DNA from: Amphiscolops sp. MND2022
Lineage: Eukaryota
Assembly (NCBI GenBank): GCA_964187785.1
Contig: OZ076410.1
Coordinates: 47,058,001-47,122,000 of the forward strand
Length of the DNA stretch: 64,000 nt
Reading direction: 5' to 3'
How positions within the stretch are numbered: position 1 is the first letter of the stretch; each line of letters starts with the position of its first letter. Shown here piece by piece: positions 49,527 to 61,600 of this stretch. Both the position numbers and the translations under genes were made by a program. Below the pieces are notes generated by a model. It worked only from the letters and a program-made list of their open reading frames with translations, did not search any database and had not been told where the DNA came from.

Positions 49527-50479
49527 TCAAAAAGATGTGTTTTGGTTGTTGGGGAAGAATTTGAATTGTTTGAAAGTGTCTCAAATCCAAAAGTGTTGGT
49601 GAGGAACAAAAGCAATCATCAGAAGAAACCGCTTTTACAACTTTATTGGGGTGAAAGTTTTAGCAACTGAACGTGATGACGGTTGGAATCTTAATGAAAT
49701 TTTTGTGCTCGAACTACTTTATTTCAGAAAACTGGGAGCATGACACTCCTTTTTAGAGGAATCACGCTGGCCTGGGGAACAAAAATAGAATAGCATCATC
49801 ATTACGTCAGGATATTTATATCACCTTCAAAACTGATGAATAGGTCCTAGAAAGAACCTGGAAAACTATATTAAAGGCAATAAAGCACGTATTCGCAAGT
49901 ATAATTGGAATGCACAAGCACCTGGTCCATTTCAAATGGTTATTATGTTAAAGACGCATACCGACGAGTATACGTCACTTATCAAACACCGAAATACCGT
50001 ATAGTAGTAATCCGCATAATGGCAAGTAGTCGTCAAGCATCAAACCGTAGAATACCGTATAGTTCAACTATGAAAACCGCATAATTGTGATTATTCAACA
50101 AAGCTCATTACGTATAATGACGCATATTCACAAGCACAAATGTTCCTTTTAATGGTGATGATTTCAAAAATGTTACTATTGCGTAACCAATTAGTCATTC
50201 GATGATCTTTTTAAGTACATTGTCTCAAGTTTTAACACGTTTTAGGCTTCCTGTGATGTATAAAGCAAACTTGTTACGAAAAGGTTGTTTAGGACATTTA
50301 CTTTGCATCTTCCGAAATGACAAATCAAATAAGTAACCCCCAATTAAAATGTTTACACAAGTTTTTCGAGAAGGAATTAGGTGGCTATTGTCAGTTTCAA
50401 TCATCATTGTGAGAGCTTTCTCTGTTCTTCTTCAATCACTGTTGCACTCCGGATCCAGAACAGCTGACAGGCTGAGACA
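48938..50479 (-). repeat. 5' LTR of the 13.1-kb Gypsy
   Basis: Direct repeat of 37395-38936. Contains a CCG(C/T)ATA array at ~49965-50130 and the gag-extension ATG at 49526. Confidence 0.95.
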
Positions 50480-53400
50480 CCCCCCAAGCGGCCGGAGATG
50501 GGGGACGGGGAGGGGGGAAATAAGAAACAAGGTTTAAATACCGTCATGTCTAAATCGTTTGGAACGTTTAATAAATTAACGAGTTGTTAAAAAAATGTTT
50601 GTTTGGGCATCGATGACAGAAACAAGAGTTTTCAAGCGTCTTCAATGCATTTTGCTTTACATGTTAAATATTCTCCGAGAATTCTATAATTTATGCATTT
50701 CACCTTAACAGCCAAAAAAAGCAAATTTGCCTGATTTGGTCAAAATTTCAGCACAACTGCAACAGCATATGAGTTCATATTCATTTTTATTTCGAAAAAC
50801 TTTTCATACTCATATGTCCGAAAAAAGATTGTTGTCTGGTATTGTGCCAATTGCTTCTTTCAATACGAACGAACGCTGACCTTCACATTATCGATGGGTT
50901 TTTGAACCCGCCAAGAACGGCTCGGAGCGAACTGATTCTCTTTTTGAATAACCATAAAACATAAACACAAAACTTTTGTCCTCTAAATTTATTTGACATG
51001 TAAAATTGACTGACATGTTATTCTGACTTTCAGCTGACTTTTTTTTCCAAAATAAATAAGTTCATTGACATTTAATTGTACGAACTATTGATAAACTTCG
51101 CATAATCGGTGCTAAAGTTCATACACTTTTTACATTAAAGCTGCCATTTTGTTTTCACTGAACCGTTGCAAGCTTAAACGCCTATCCGTTTTTGTTTATG
51201 ACTGAACCTCATACAACTTTCGCAATGTTTTTTGACCAAGGTATTTTGAAATCCATTGTTATTCAAAAACATTGTTTCTCAATCACAGAACCTAAAGTAT
51301 TCAGCTAGAGTTTTTCAAATTTACACCAAGTTTGCAAGTACTTTTCCAGCACTCACCGCTGAACTGAACGGGAGCGAATTACTTTTTCCGAGGACAAGGA
51401 GTAAATAAAGACGTCCCGTGCACACTATGCATAAGCAAGCACCCCGAACTACAGGTTCACAAGAAAATTACGTGGAAGTTTAACCCCCTGGTACACCTCA
51501 CCAAGGTGGATCGTGGGAGCGTTTAGTCCGCAGTTGTAAACGGGTCTCTACTCCATCCTTGACGACCGTCGTCTCACCAATGAAATCCTCCTGACCGTCG
51601 TCTGTTTGGTTGAACCGACATTGAACGCGCGACTTTTAATCCCAGTGAGCTCCGATCCATATGACACAGATGCAGTGACGCTCAATCATTTTGTCCTCGG
51701 TCGACCGAACAACAGATTTCCGCCTACTACTGCATCCGCAATAGACTTTAATCATCGAAAACGGTAGGCGCGGGCACAAAACTATGCCGTTGCAATTTGG
51801 GCAAAGTGGTTGAAAGAGTACATTCCCTTACTTAATCGCCGAAATAAGTGGGCCACGGATAGCAGCAGAGGGCTGTACCCAGGCGATCTGGTCTGAATTG
51901 TTGAAGCGTCCAATCCCAGGGGCAATTACTCCTTTGCGCGCATCGTCTCGCTAAATTCTGATTCAGGCGTCAGTGTGGGATTCGCTAATTTGACGTCAAA
52001 ATCCCGAACTTATACAAAATCCCTGACAATACTTGTACCTTTATTTGAGTCGACACATTCCAGAGCGGAGAATGATGACAATTGTTCGTCAACAAAAAAA
52101 AGGAAATAGTTTTTCAGCTTTTTAAATTACCATTATTTTACGGTACGAACGTTGACCTTCACGTTTTCGATGGGTTTTCGAACCCACCAAGAGCGGCTCG
52201 GAGCGAACTGATTCCCTTTTTTGAATAACCATAAAACATAAACACTAAACTTTTGTCCTCTAAATTTATTTGACATGTAAAAATGACTGACATGTTATTT
52301 TGACTTTCAGCTGACTTTTTTTTCCAAAATAAATAATTTCATTGACATTTAATTGTACGAACTATTGATAAACATTGCATAATCGGTGCTAAAGTTCAAA
52401 CAATTTTTACATTAAAGCTGCCATTTTGTTTTCACTGAACCGTTGCAAGCATAAACGCCTATCCGTTTTTGTTTATGACTGAACATCATACAACTTTAGC
52501 AATGTTTTTTGACCAAGGTATTTCGAAATCTATTGCTATTCAAAAAACATTGTTTCTCACTCACTGAACCTAAAGTATTCAGCTAGAGATTTTCAAATTT
52601 ACATCGTCGCTATGTCGCAAAGATGGTGGGTAGCTAACGCTCACTCCGAAATTACGTCAGCACTACGTCAGTAGCTGCAGCTAGCTAGTCCTGGTCTCAA
52701 ATTTACATCAACATTACGTCGCAAACTTATGAAAATTAGGCCATTACGCTGTTACTTCATTTTTTCTCCGCGCTACGTCAGCTACTGATCGAAAAGTTGA
52801 AGAATCACGTTTTTTGTTTCGCTTGAGTTGTCTAAATTGGATCTAGCCATCCGAATATTTTTTGATCCGCTTCAAATACCAAAGTCATGGTTCATGATTA
52901 TGATGTTTTGTTTTAAATGTATTTAGAATAAAACTCAAAGAAACTTATCAGGACATTTTGTAATGAACATTGATCATCAGCACGAATAAACTGAAATGCT
53001 GCTTGTTAACAGCGTTAAAAAACGTTTTTTATGAGCACACTCTAATGGTGCAACGTACACCTCTACGATGGTTAATATGATGATCAATGATAATTATGTT
53101 TCGTTGATGAATAATGCCTGTTGATAATTTGCATAACCAGTCCTGATTCTTCATAACTGGGACCTTAACTTGGTATGATGTTAAATTTTGTTGTATCGAT
53201 AATCAAAATTGTTCGTGCGTTTCGGAGTTTGTGACGTTGTCACGTCGTTAAGTAATGCAATAAAATTTCAAAAATTGACCAAATAAAGCGATTCAGCTTT
53301 TGTCAAAATGCTCTCTAGTCAAAATTCAACTAATCATTTTTGAAGTCATAATATCTCCAGTTTAAAGTAAGGGTTCAATTTGAATTGTTCAGGCCAGCGT

Positions 53401-54302
53401 TAGCTCTACGGCAGATTTTCACGCCATTTGAAACAAAAAGTAGGAAAACTCTTTGAAAACTCTTTGATATGATCACGGGTGATGACTAAGACCAACTGAA
53501 CCATGGGAGAATAATGAAATTTGATGAAATGTTGATGCAAATAATATTTGATTAATGAAGATTGCCGTGATAAAAAAGGTGTGAGTAATCTTTCGAAGAA
53601 AATTCAGGAACGCGTGTATGAACAGATGATGCTACGAGGGTATATAAACTTGGAACTTTCGTAAATATTCATTCAATTATTACTTCGTTGCCTGCAAAAT
53701 CAATCTTACTTTTTCGAACTCTCAGTAGTTCAGAAAAGAATTGAATTTAGTTTCAAATAAAACACTCGCTCGTCATGATATCGACGAGGAGTCGAAAAAG
53801 AACGAACACTCATCAGGAAAGCATCAAAAATTCAAGTGAAAACTTAGTTTGCCCAATTTGGGTTGAAAATGTAGGTCTAGGTTACCGGGACGTCATGTTG
53901 GCGAGACCATCAAGCTCTGAATACCACAGGGTTGAATGGAACGAGTAAGAAAAGTTGAAAACATCCGTGAATGAGGAAATTACTTTTCAACAGAAGGAAA
54001 GAGCTGTTGAAACTGTTGGAAACAAAAAATGAGGAAAACGGGCCCGGAGAAAGACCTCAAGTTTTAGAAAGTGAATCTAGAAGTTTCCTCACACCCACTT
54101 AATCGGGTGACCCACTTACAGATTAATAGTACCCAAAATAACGGAACGAACATGAACCGAAGCAGTCGCCTAACTGAAAAAAAACGTTAGTTCAACAAAT
54201 GGAACTTTGGTAAATTAAGTAAAGAACTCTCCTAAGTAGTGCGTAGTACGTTACCCTAAGGGCAATGTGGTGTTGTAAAATTTCATTTCTACCAAAGACA
54301 AT

Positions 54303-54373
54303 GAGTCCCGCCCGGGACTCGAACCTCACCGGTTGAAAAGCTGGCCGAATACACTAACCACTCGGCCATCGTG
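54303..54373 (-). other. tRNA-derived SINE-like head
   Basis: Minus strand GATGGCCGAGTGGTTAGTGTATTCGGCCAGCTTTTCAACCGGTGAGGTTCGAGTCCCGGGCGGGA. Box A and box B intact, but no clean cloverleaf. Confidence 0.6.
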
Positions 54374-54842
54374 AGGCGGAATACTGTGAAATTAGCCTAC
54401 TTATATCGGGTATAATTTCAAGTCTTAGGTGATAGCATGCATCCTCACAGTGGCTATGTGGCATGTTTTAAACGAATAACGCTGAATATTTACCAAACGT
54501 ATTGATCCGATCCAACTGTTGCCACGCCGCCTCTGAAGATATAAATGCCAGATCTAAATCAGTTAAGATGTAACGCTATTCAGCATTATTGTTTCAGCTC
54601 AATTTTGTATTGACATTATTCTCCATCAGCATTATTCTGTTTCAGTTCAATTCCTCTGAACATTTGGTTAATTTGTTTTACTTTCCCCATATAACGAGGC
54701 ACTAAAATGTATTCATTGTTGAGGTACAAAATGTTGTGGTACATTCCTGGCTTCCTCTTATGAATTGTTTTATTTGATGCGCTGAATTTGGATCATTTCT
54801 CATGTATTGGAAGCTTTCAATTTTTCAAATTTATTAATCATT

Positions 54843-55150
54843 GTGCCCCCACCCTGCGGCCATTGGCGGGAGGGGGTGGTGAAGTGTACCAGCGGGGTTA
54901 AACTTCCATGTAAATTTCTTGTGAATCAGGAGTTCGGGGTGCTTGCTCATTGCATTTTCTTCTGTTTTTGACTAGTTCAGTCTCGCTCCCGACGAAATTC
55001 ATACCGGGAGGGGGGTCATAATAAGAAAAAATAGATATTTCCAGAATTTTAGATACCATCACTCATGAAAGTTCATGGGAATCACTCGTGGAAGTTTAAC
55101 CCCGGTGGTACACTTCACCACCCCCTCCCGCCAATGGCCGCAGGGTGGGG
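54843..55150. repeat. Local inversion with flanking duplicated inverted repeat
   Basis: 54843-55064 is the reverse complement of 37090-37310. The segment equivalent to 37247-37310 is present both inverted (54843-54910) and forward (55085-55150). Confidence 0.85.
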
Positions 55151-56879
55151 GAGGGGGCAAACAAGACACAAGAGCACCAGTTCTGAAATACATCCCATAT
55201 TATTTTCTGGACCACATGTTGTCTTAAATGCCTCCCCCCCAAGCGGCCCCGGAGATGAGGGACAGGGAGGGGGAAATAAGAAACAAGGTGTAAATACCGT
55301 CATGTCTGAATCGTTTGGAACATTTAGTAAATTTGCGAGTTGTTAAAAAAAGTTTGTTTGGGCATCGATGACAAAAACAAGAGTTTTCAAGCGTATTCAA
55401 TGCATTTTGCTTTACATGTAAAATATTCTCCGAGAAATCTATAATTTATGCCTTTCACCTTAACAGCCTTAAGCAAATTCGCCTTATTTGGACAAAATTT
55501 CAGCACAACTGCAACAGCATCCGAGTTCTTATTCATTTTTATTTCGAAAAGTTTTTAATACTCATAAGTCCGAAAAAAGATTGTTGTCTGGTTTTGTGCC
55601 AATTGCATCTTTCAATACGACCAGCACGCCGTGTTTCACAAGCGAAACGACGATTTGATTATTAAATTGTTTCAGATAACAATGGACTTGAATCAATGGA
55701 ATCCTAAATTACAGACTGGTAGGCTTTTAAAGAATGGGACCATCACTTCCACGGAGCAACTGAAAGAGTCCAAGCTCCCTGTAAAGGAGCCAGAGATAAA
55801 AGAAACTTTCTTCAAAGAAAATATAAAGGAGACACTTTGAAAGTAACCAATATTGAAACAGGACAGTATCGCCCAAACAGTTTGCGTTTGTGCTAATGTC
55901 TGTGCAGGGTTTGATCGAAGATGTGGAGAAAATGCTGAAGTTGCTGTTACCGCGGCTCTGAGAAATGCTAGACTGGCTATGTTCAAACTCCCTATACAAA
56001 ACCAAACAATGTCAGATGTAGTTAGCTTCGAATATTATGGTGTCGAAGTTGTTTCACTTCCAGGTGATCTTGTCGCTTCGCCGATGACCCTGTTTCTTCT
56101 GAACTTTGTGGGTATTTTCATGGACAGAGTTGTGTCAAACTCATCGAAGGACAATTTTTTGCTGCTGGAGGCTCTGATTTTTAGCACTGAGAATGTCCAA
56201 ATGGAACGCTTGGCAGGGAAGGGCTGCAGGTTCAGCCAGCTTAAACTGAGTTAAACTTTGGCTCTCAATGAAAACGTAACCATTTCATCAATGTAGCTCG
56301 TCTTCATTCACCGATCTCATGCTCATTATTCTGACGATTTTCATTCAAGCATTTTTAATTCACAAAGTTGTTCGACATGTTTACTCTTCGAGCCAAGTAA
56401 ACACAGACTTCAGAATAGTGAGTATTGTCTTTCATTGATAACTGTATTCTTGCAAGTGATTGCTTGAGCTTTGAATGTCAATTGCAGCTGTGTGAGACAA
56501 ATTTGGTTCTTTTCGAGAAAGGTGAAATAGATGCGGTACGAAGCGGGTATTTTTTTGTTCAAAGTAAATCACGATGTTGATTGAACCAGGTCCAGGCTTG
56601 CGTGAGAAAGGGAGGGGAACTTGGGTATCGGCTTAGAGCCCCCATAGACCCTCAATTAATTTTCCGATCTCTCACCCTCTCAAGAAACCATCCGGCCGAG
56701 TTTTTCTACAAAAACTCACTGTGGCGGCAATGAATGATTCTCTAAAATAGGACATATTGAGCTCTTTTTTACTGGCGGTATTTTGAGGACGCAACGTAAA
56801 GCTTTCCAATAGGTCGTGTATATTGCTGATCCAATCTTCGTTCATTCTACTGCTATCGGGCGAGATGAACGTCAATTAT

Positions 56880-57350
56880 TTTCTATTCATTAAGATTAAG
56901 GCTGCGCGGCTGCTTTTATGCCCAGTTTTTTGCTTTTGCAGCCACGCTTTTTACATTATACGGTTATGGGGCCGCATTTATGCCTGTGGGGGCGGCAAAA
57001 AAGACAAGTATTTTGCTTTTTTACCCAAGTTTGTTCCATTCTACGGTTATTGGGCCGCAATTAGGCATGCGGGGGCGGCACAAAAGCGTAGTTATTTGCT
57101 TTTTCAGGCAAGCAATCTCCATTTTACTCCTAGCGGGCCGTATTTAGGCCTGCGGGGGCGACTTTTAAGCCCGGTATTTTGCTTTTTTCGGGAGAGAATT
57201 TTCCATTTTAGGGTATGGGGCCGCTGTTTGGCTTGCGGGGCGGCTTTTGAGACCGGTATATGGCATTTTCAGGCAAGCAATTTCCGTTTTAGGCTTAGCG
57301 TGCGGAATTTAAGCCTACGGGGGTGGTTTCTACGCTCAATTTTTTGCTTT
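56880..57350. repeat. Degenerate ~80-85-bp GC-core tandem repeat x ~6
   Basis: GGGCCGC..TTA.GCCTGCGGGGGCG..TTTTGCTTTT-like units begin at ~56961, 57047, 57130, 57210 and 57291. Confidence 0.8.
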
Positions 57351-57544
57351 TCAATCATGTATCGATCAAGTTTTTACACTGGAACGTTTCTTTCTATTGC
57401 TTTTGGGGAATCTTCGATGCTATTAGACAACGCGGCGGCCAATAAAACGAAAGCAAAACAGCACTAATATCAGTTGAATTGTTTTGAAAATTGTTGTTGT
57501 CAAGGTTGAACTATCGGCGGTTATTCGGGTTCAACGACAGACGC

Positions 57545-57730
57545 AAGCTGACGCACCCCTCTCAGACAATCACTGATTATTTTCGTTTCAACCAGTCTGA
57601 AAAAATGTAAGCTGACGCACCCCACTTAGGCAGTCGGCGGTTAAACTCGTTTGAACCGGCAAGGCAAAATACATGCTGACGCACCCCTCTCAGACAATCG
57701 GCGTTTAATCTTGTTTGAACCGGCAACATA
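57545..57730. repeat. ~65-bp tandem repeat x3 with GCTGACGCACCCC core
   Basis: GCTGACGCACCC at ~57547, 57612 and 57676, followed by CAGACAATC/GGCAGTC and GTTTGAACCGGCAA. Confidence 0.85.
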
Positions 57731-58659
57731 ACAAAAGCGCAAATGTTGAAAAACATCCCGTCTAGATACGCTACGCAGAAAAAGTTCCCCTAGAAAGTGG
57801 GTTGCTGGTTAATTTTTCTCAGCACTCGATCGTACAACTGCAGGCTGTCGCTCTTCGCCGCCGGCCTTGTCTGACAGAGGGCCAAAATCATTTGCTTCTT
57901 GCCTGATTTCAAAGGCAACTGCTCTTCAATTTCAACTTTTTGCTCTTCGCTGCCTCAAGTTTCTTGTGAATCACCTCAATTTCTTCGCTGAAACTTCCCG
58001 TAATCATCTTCAATACCTCTAAGAGAAACGTTTCAACACATCTTTTTCCCCATCAAATCGTGCCTCAAAATCGACGACGAGCTGGTTACTAAGTCTCGAC
58101 CCCTGCTGAGAAAAACAGTTACTTTCAGCGGTTATATACGAGTGTTTCCAGTTTTGACTCTGGTCAATCAGCCACAATCATCGTGTACAAAAATGCAATC
58201 CCAGCCCGAAAAATCATCCTTCAAGAGCCTGTCATCTCAGCAAGAAGGACTCAGGGTTAGTTTCTTCTCCTTCAGTCTCAATCTACAATACGATTGAGAC
58301 TGATGGCAAGACATACACGTTCGCAACAGTTCTAGAGGAGGAGGATGACTGGTGGAAGGAGATCTGGATGGCGAGGCTTATTATATAATGAACTGTCAAA
58401 ACATGGTTTGTTTTTAAGTTTTGTGTTTGTTGTTTTATCACTATTTTGAATTATGTTATTTGATTATTTTGATTTTGTGTTTGTCATTTAGTCTACTTTT
58501 TACGGTTTGCAGATCAACTCAGTCTTGCTTGTTTTCTTTTTGGAAAAATGGTGAAGAGAAAGAAAGGAATTAGACAACGACAGCATTAATTGAGATGTTT
58601 TACAAATAGCAATAAATAGCAAAAATAGCCCTCTACAGGCCCATCAGAGGAGGGGTTGT

Positions 58660-61600
58660 CAGAGCGCGAGATCGGAAAGCGCACTGACCCTGATCTCCTG
58701 GCCCCTATTCCTGGACCCGAATCACAGTTAGAGGAGGTACAAAAGTTGTGGGGTCAGACTGCCCGCGACTCGCTGAACAACAACGGAGTTTGATGACCTA
58801 TTCATGAAGCACAAAGCAGACATTGGTCGCTGCACAATAGCCAAACATCCTGTTGAGTTGGAGCCTGGGGCTGTACCGCATCGTGAAGGTGCTCGTAGGA
58901 TGTCCCCTGAAAAGGCTGAGCGTGCCAATCAAGAGATACGCAATCTCCTGGCTTTGGGCATGATCCAACCTTCGCTGTCACCTTGGGCGAGTGGAATTGT
59001 GATGGTAAAAAAGAAAAATGGGGACTTGCGGTTCTGCTGCGACTTTCGCCCCCTCAACGCTGTCACAATAAAAGACGCGTATCCCCTCCCACGCATCGAT
59101 GAAAGCCTTTCACGCTTGGGTAAGGCCAAGATTTACACCAGTATTGATTTGGCCTGGGCTTTCTGGCAGATACTAGTGCGCAAAGCAGATAGGCAGAAAA
59201 CGGCCTTTGCTTGCGAGCTGGGTTTGTTTGAATGGAGACGTATGCCCTTTGGGATGTGTAACGCTTCAGCTACTTTCCAGCGAGCCATAGCGCGAGCGCT
59301 ACGGAAAATTGTGAACCGTGAAGGAAGCATGGCAATGGCGTACATTGACGACATCGTCATTGCTACCGAGACAGTCGAGGACCACATGGTACGCTTACGC
59401 GAGGTATTTGAATGTCTGCGCGAAGCTGGCTTCAAAATGAGAGTCGCTAAGTGCGACTTTATGAAGTTGGAAATCAAGTACCTGGGACGTGTGGTCTCTG
59501 CCGAAGGTATCAAACCTGATACTAAAGCAGTGGCAAAATTACGCGATTGGGAAGTACCGAGGAACAAAACAGAGATGCAAAGCTTTTTGGGCTTCGCCAA
59601 CTATAATCAAGAGTTCATTCCTTGGCATGCCAAGCTTGTGTCCCCCTTGCATGCTATTACCGGCCTGGGCGCGACTTTCGCCTGGGGGGATGAGCAGCAA
59701 CAGGCTTTCAACGCCGTCAAATTGGCTTTGATCGAGGCAACTGCCTTGGCGCAACCGGACTCGGAGGGCGAATTTGTGCTGGACACTGATGCCAGTGCTG
59801 TTGCAGTTTCCGGTTTTTTGCATCAGTGGCAGGGTCCTCCGGGCGAAAGGCGCCGGAGACCAATTGTGTATGGTAGCAAGAAGTTGAATGCCACTCAAGC
59901 GAAGTATGGCGCTCCTAAGCTTGAAATGTACGCAGCTTATTATTTCATCTTGAAGAATCACAGTTATCTCTGCTCCAGAAAGTTCATCCTTCGGGTTGAC
60001 AATCAAGCTCTCTCTTGGCTCAAAACGTATTCCACTGATCAGGCCTTGATTGGTCGATGGGTTATGGCACTCGATAAGTACCATTTCAAAGTGGAGCATC
60101 GTCCCAGGACACAGCACAGGAATGCCGATGGCCTCAGTAAACGAACCAATGATTATCGGTGGCGAGAGAAGCAGCTCGAGCTGCCAGCTGTGACAGACAA
60201 ATGGAATTTCCTCTCACAGGAGGAGTTTGACCAGCTGCCTCATTGCACCCTGGTTCGATTTGCATGGTCGGGTGACAGCCAATCACCCTCAATTGCCCGC
60301 TCACTTGCGAACACTAAACCAGACCCCACAAATGCAATTTGTCGTGTTGCACGACGACGTAAGCGCCGTCAGGCCGCTGAGAAAAGGGAGAGGGCGCTAC
60401 GCGCTCCTCTACCTGAGGCACTAGTGCCTACATTGCAAACTCACGAAGACTTCTATCCAGATTATCCTGAGGACTGGATTGACGTCACTGAAGAGGCTAG
60501 GCAAGATTACTTGCTGCCTACACATGTGGCAAATATCCCCTCACGCATGACATATGCCGTTGACGAAACAGTGGAGCAAGCCATGGCTTACGCTCCAACG
60601 GTGGTTAGGCAAGCTGCCCTAGCCATCAAAGACATAGACACGGAACTTCATGAACATGCCAACACGATGCATGGCATCAAGGATCTGCTTTTGGCGCAGA
60701 ATCGTGATGTGCATGTGCTAGCCATAAAGAAGTTGGTAGCACAAGAGTCTATTGATCATGACATTTTTCCTGAAGACGTGCGTGCGTTCGCACGTAACTA
60801 TTACAAGCAGAAAAAAGATCTCCTGTTTGTAAACAAAAATGGAATTGTTTGTGTTAAGTATCCACCTCAGCAACGTCCACTGCACGAACGTCCGTGCATG
60901 ATTGTATTGCCACAATTGTACTAGCGTGAAATTTTATTTCGTGCTCATGACGCCATGGGCCACCAAGGCATTGCAAAGGTGGTTTCGCGAATCCAAGAAC
61001 GCCACACCTGGCCAGCTATTCGCCGCAGTGTTGGTCAGTACGTGAGTCAGTGCCTCACGTGCCAGCAAGTACGTGACAGGCCGGGAGACGTTCGATTTCA
61101 CTTGAAAAATATCCAAAGTGGGTATTTCAATGAGTTAGTCCTGTATGACCATCTAAAAATATGCCCCTCCGATAACAATAACACCGGCATATTGGTGATA
61201 ATGAACCATTTCTCCAAGTTTGCGGAGGCTGTACCCTGCAGCCATGAGGATTACGATGCCGTGACCACGTCTAGGTTGCTTTTGCAGAAATGGTTTGCCA
61301 GACACGGCACGCCTACGCGGATGCAATCAGACAATGCCCCCAACTTGACTGCAGAGGTATCCAATGAGTTCATGAGGGCATCTCAGGTCACAAAAGTTAC
61401 CTCTACGGCGGGTCATCCGCGCACCCAAGGCCTGGTTGAACGACAAAATCGGACTTTGCTGACTTTGTTGCGGGTATTTTGCTCGCGTCGCATGAGAGAT
61501 TGGGACCAGCATTTGGATGAAGTCATGGGAGCGTATAACTCAACGCGCCATGCCACGACTGGGTTTTCACCCTACATGCTGACCCGAGGGACCAAAAAGG

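Larger units (their letters stand above)
37395..50479 (-). mobile_element. 13,085-bp Ty3/Gypsy LTR retrotransposon; RNase H/integrase deleted; carries extra genes
   Basis: Two 1542-bp LTRs (TGTCTCAG...TTATCACA on minus), PBS, PPT, gag with two CCHC knuckles, PR-RT. Inserted in a C-run with CCCC(C) on both sides; empty site preserved in the duplicated unit. Confidence 0.95.
33055..55620 (+). repeat. ~4.7-kb tandem segmental duplication: unit 1 = 33055-37394 + 50480-50870, unit 2 = 50871-55620
   Basis: Collinear matches throughout, roughly 90% identical by eye. Unit 1 is split by the 13.1-kb Gypsy; unit 2 has the empty site at ~55228-55245. Confidence 0.88.

Noticed and set aside
37395-50479. 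DIRS/Ngaro tyrosine-recombinase element
   Set aside because: Has direct TG...CA LTRs, a PBS, a PPT, a protease and a TSD-like C-run; no YR motifs.
54303-54373. Possible functional tRNA (Glu-TTC or Sec/suppressor TCA)
   Set aside because: No proper acceptor or anticodon stems, no long variable arm, a competing GGCCGA/TCGGCC hairpin, and a decayed paralog at 36568. Fits a SINE head.
55625-56500. Possible hAT C-terminal or host exon remnant (EPAALP...IPTKFRR on minus)
   Set aside because: Similarity is too weak and fragmented to support a call by eye.
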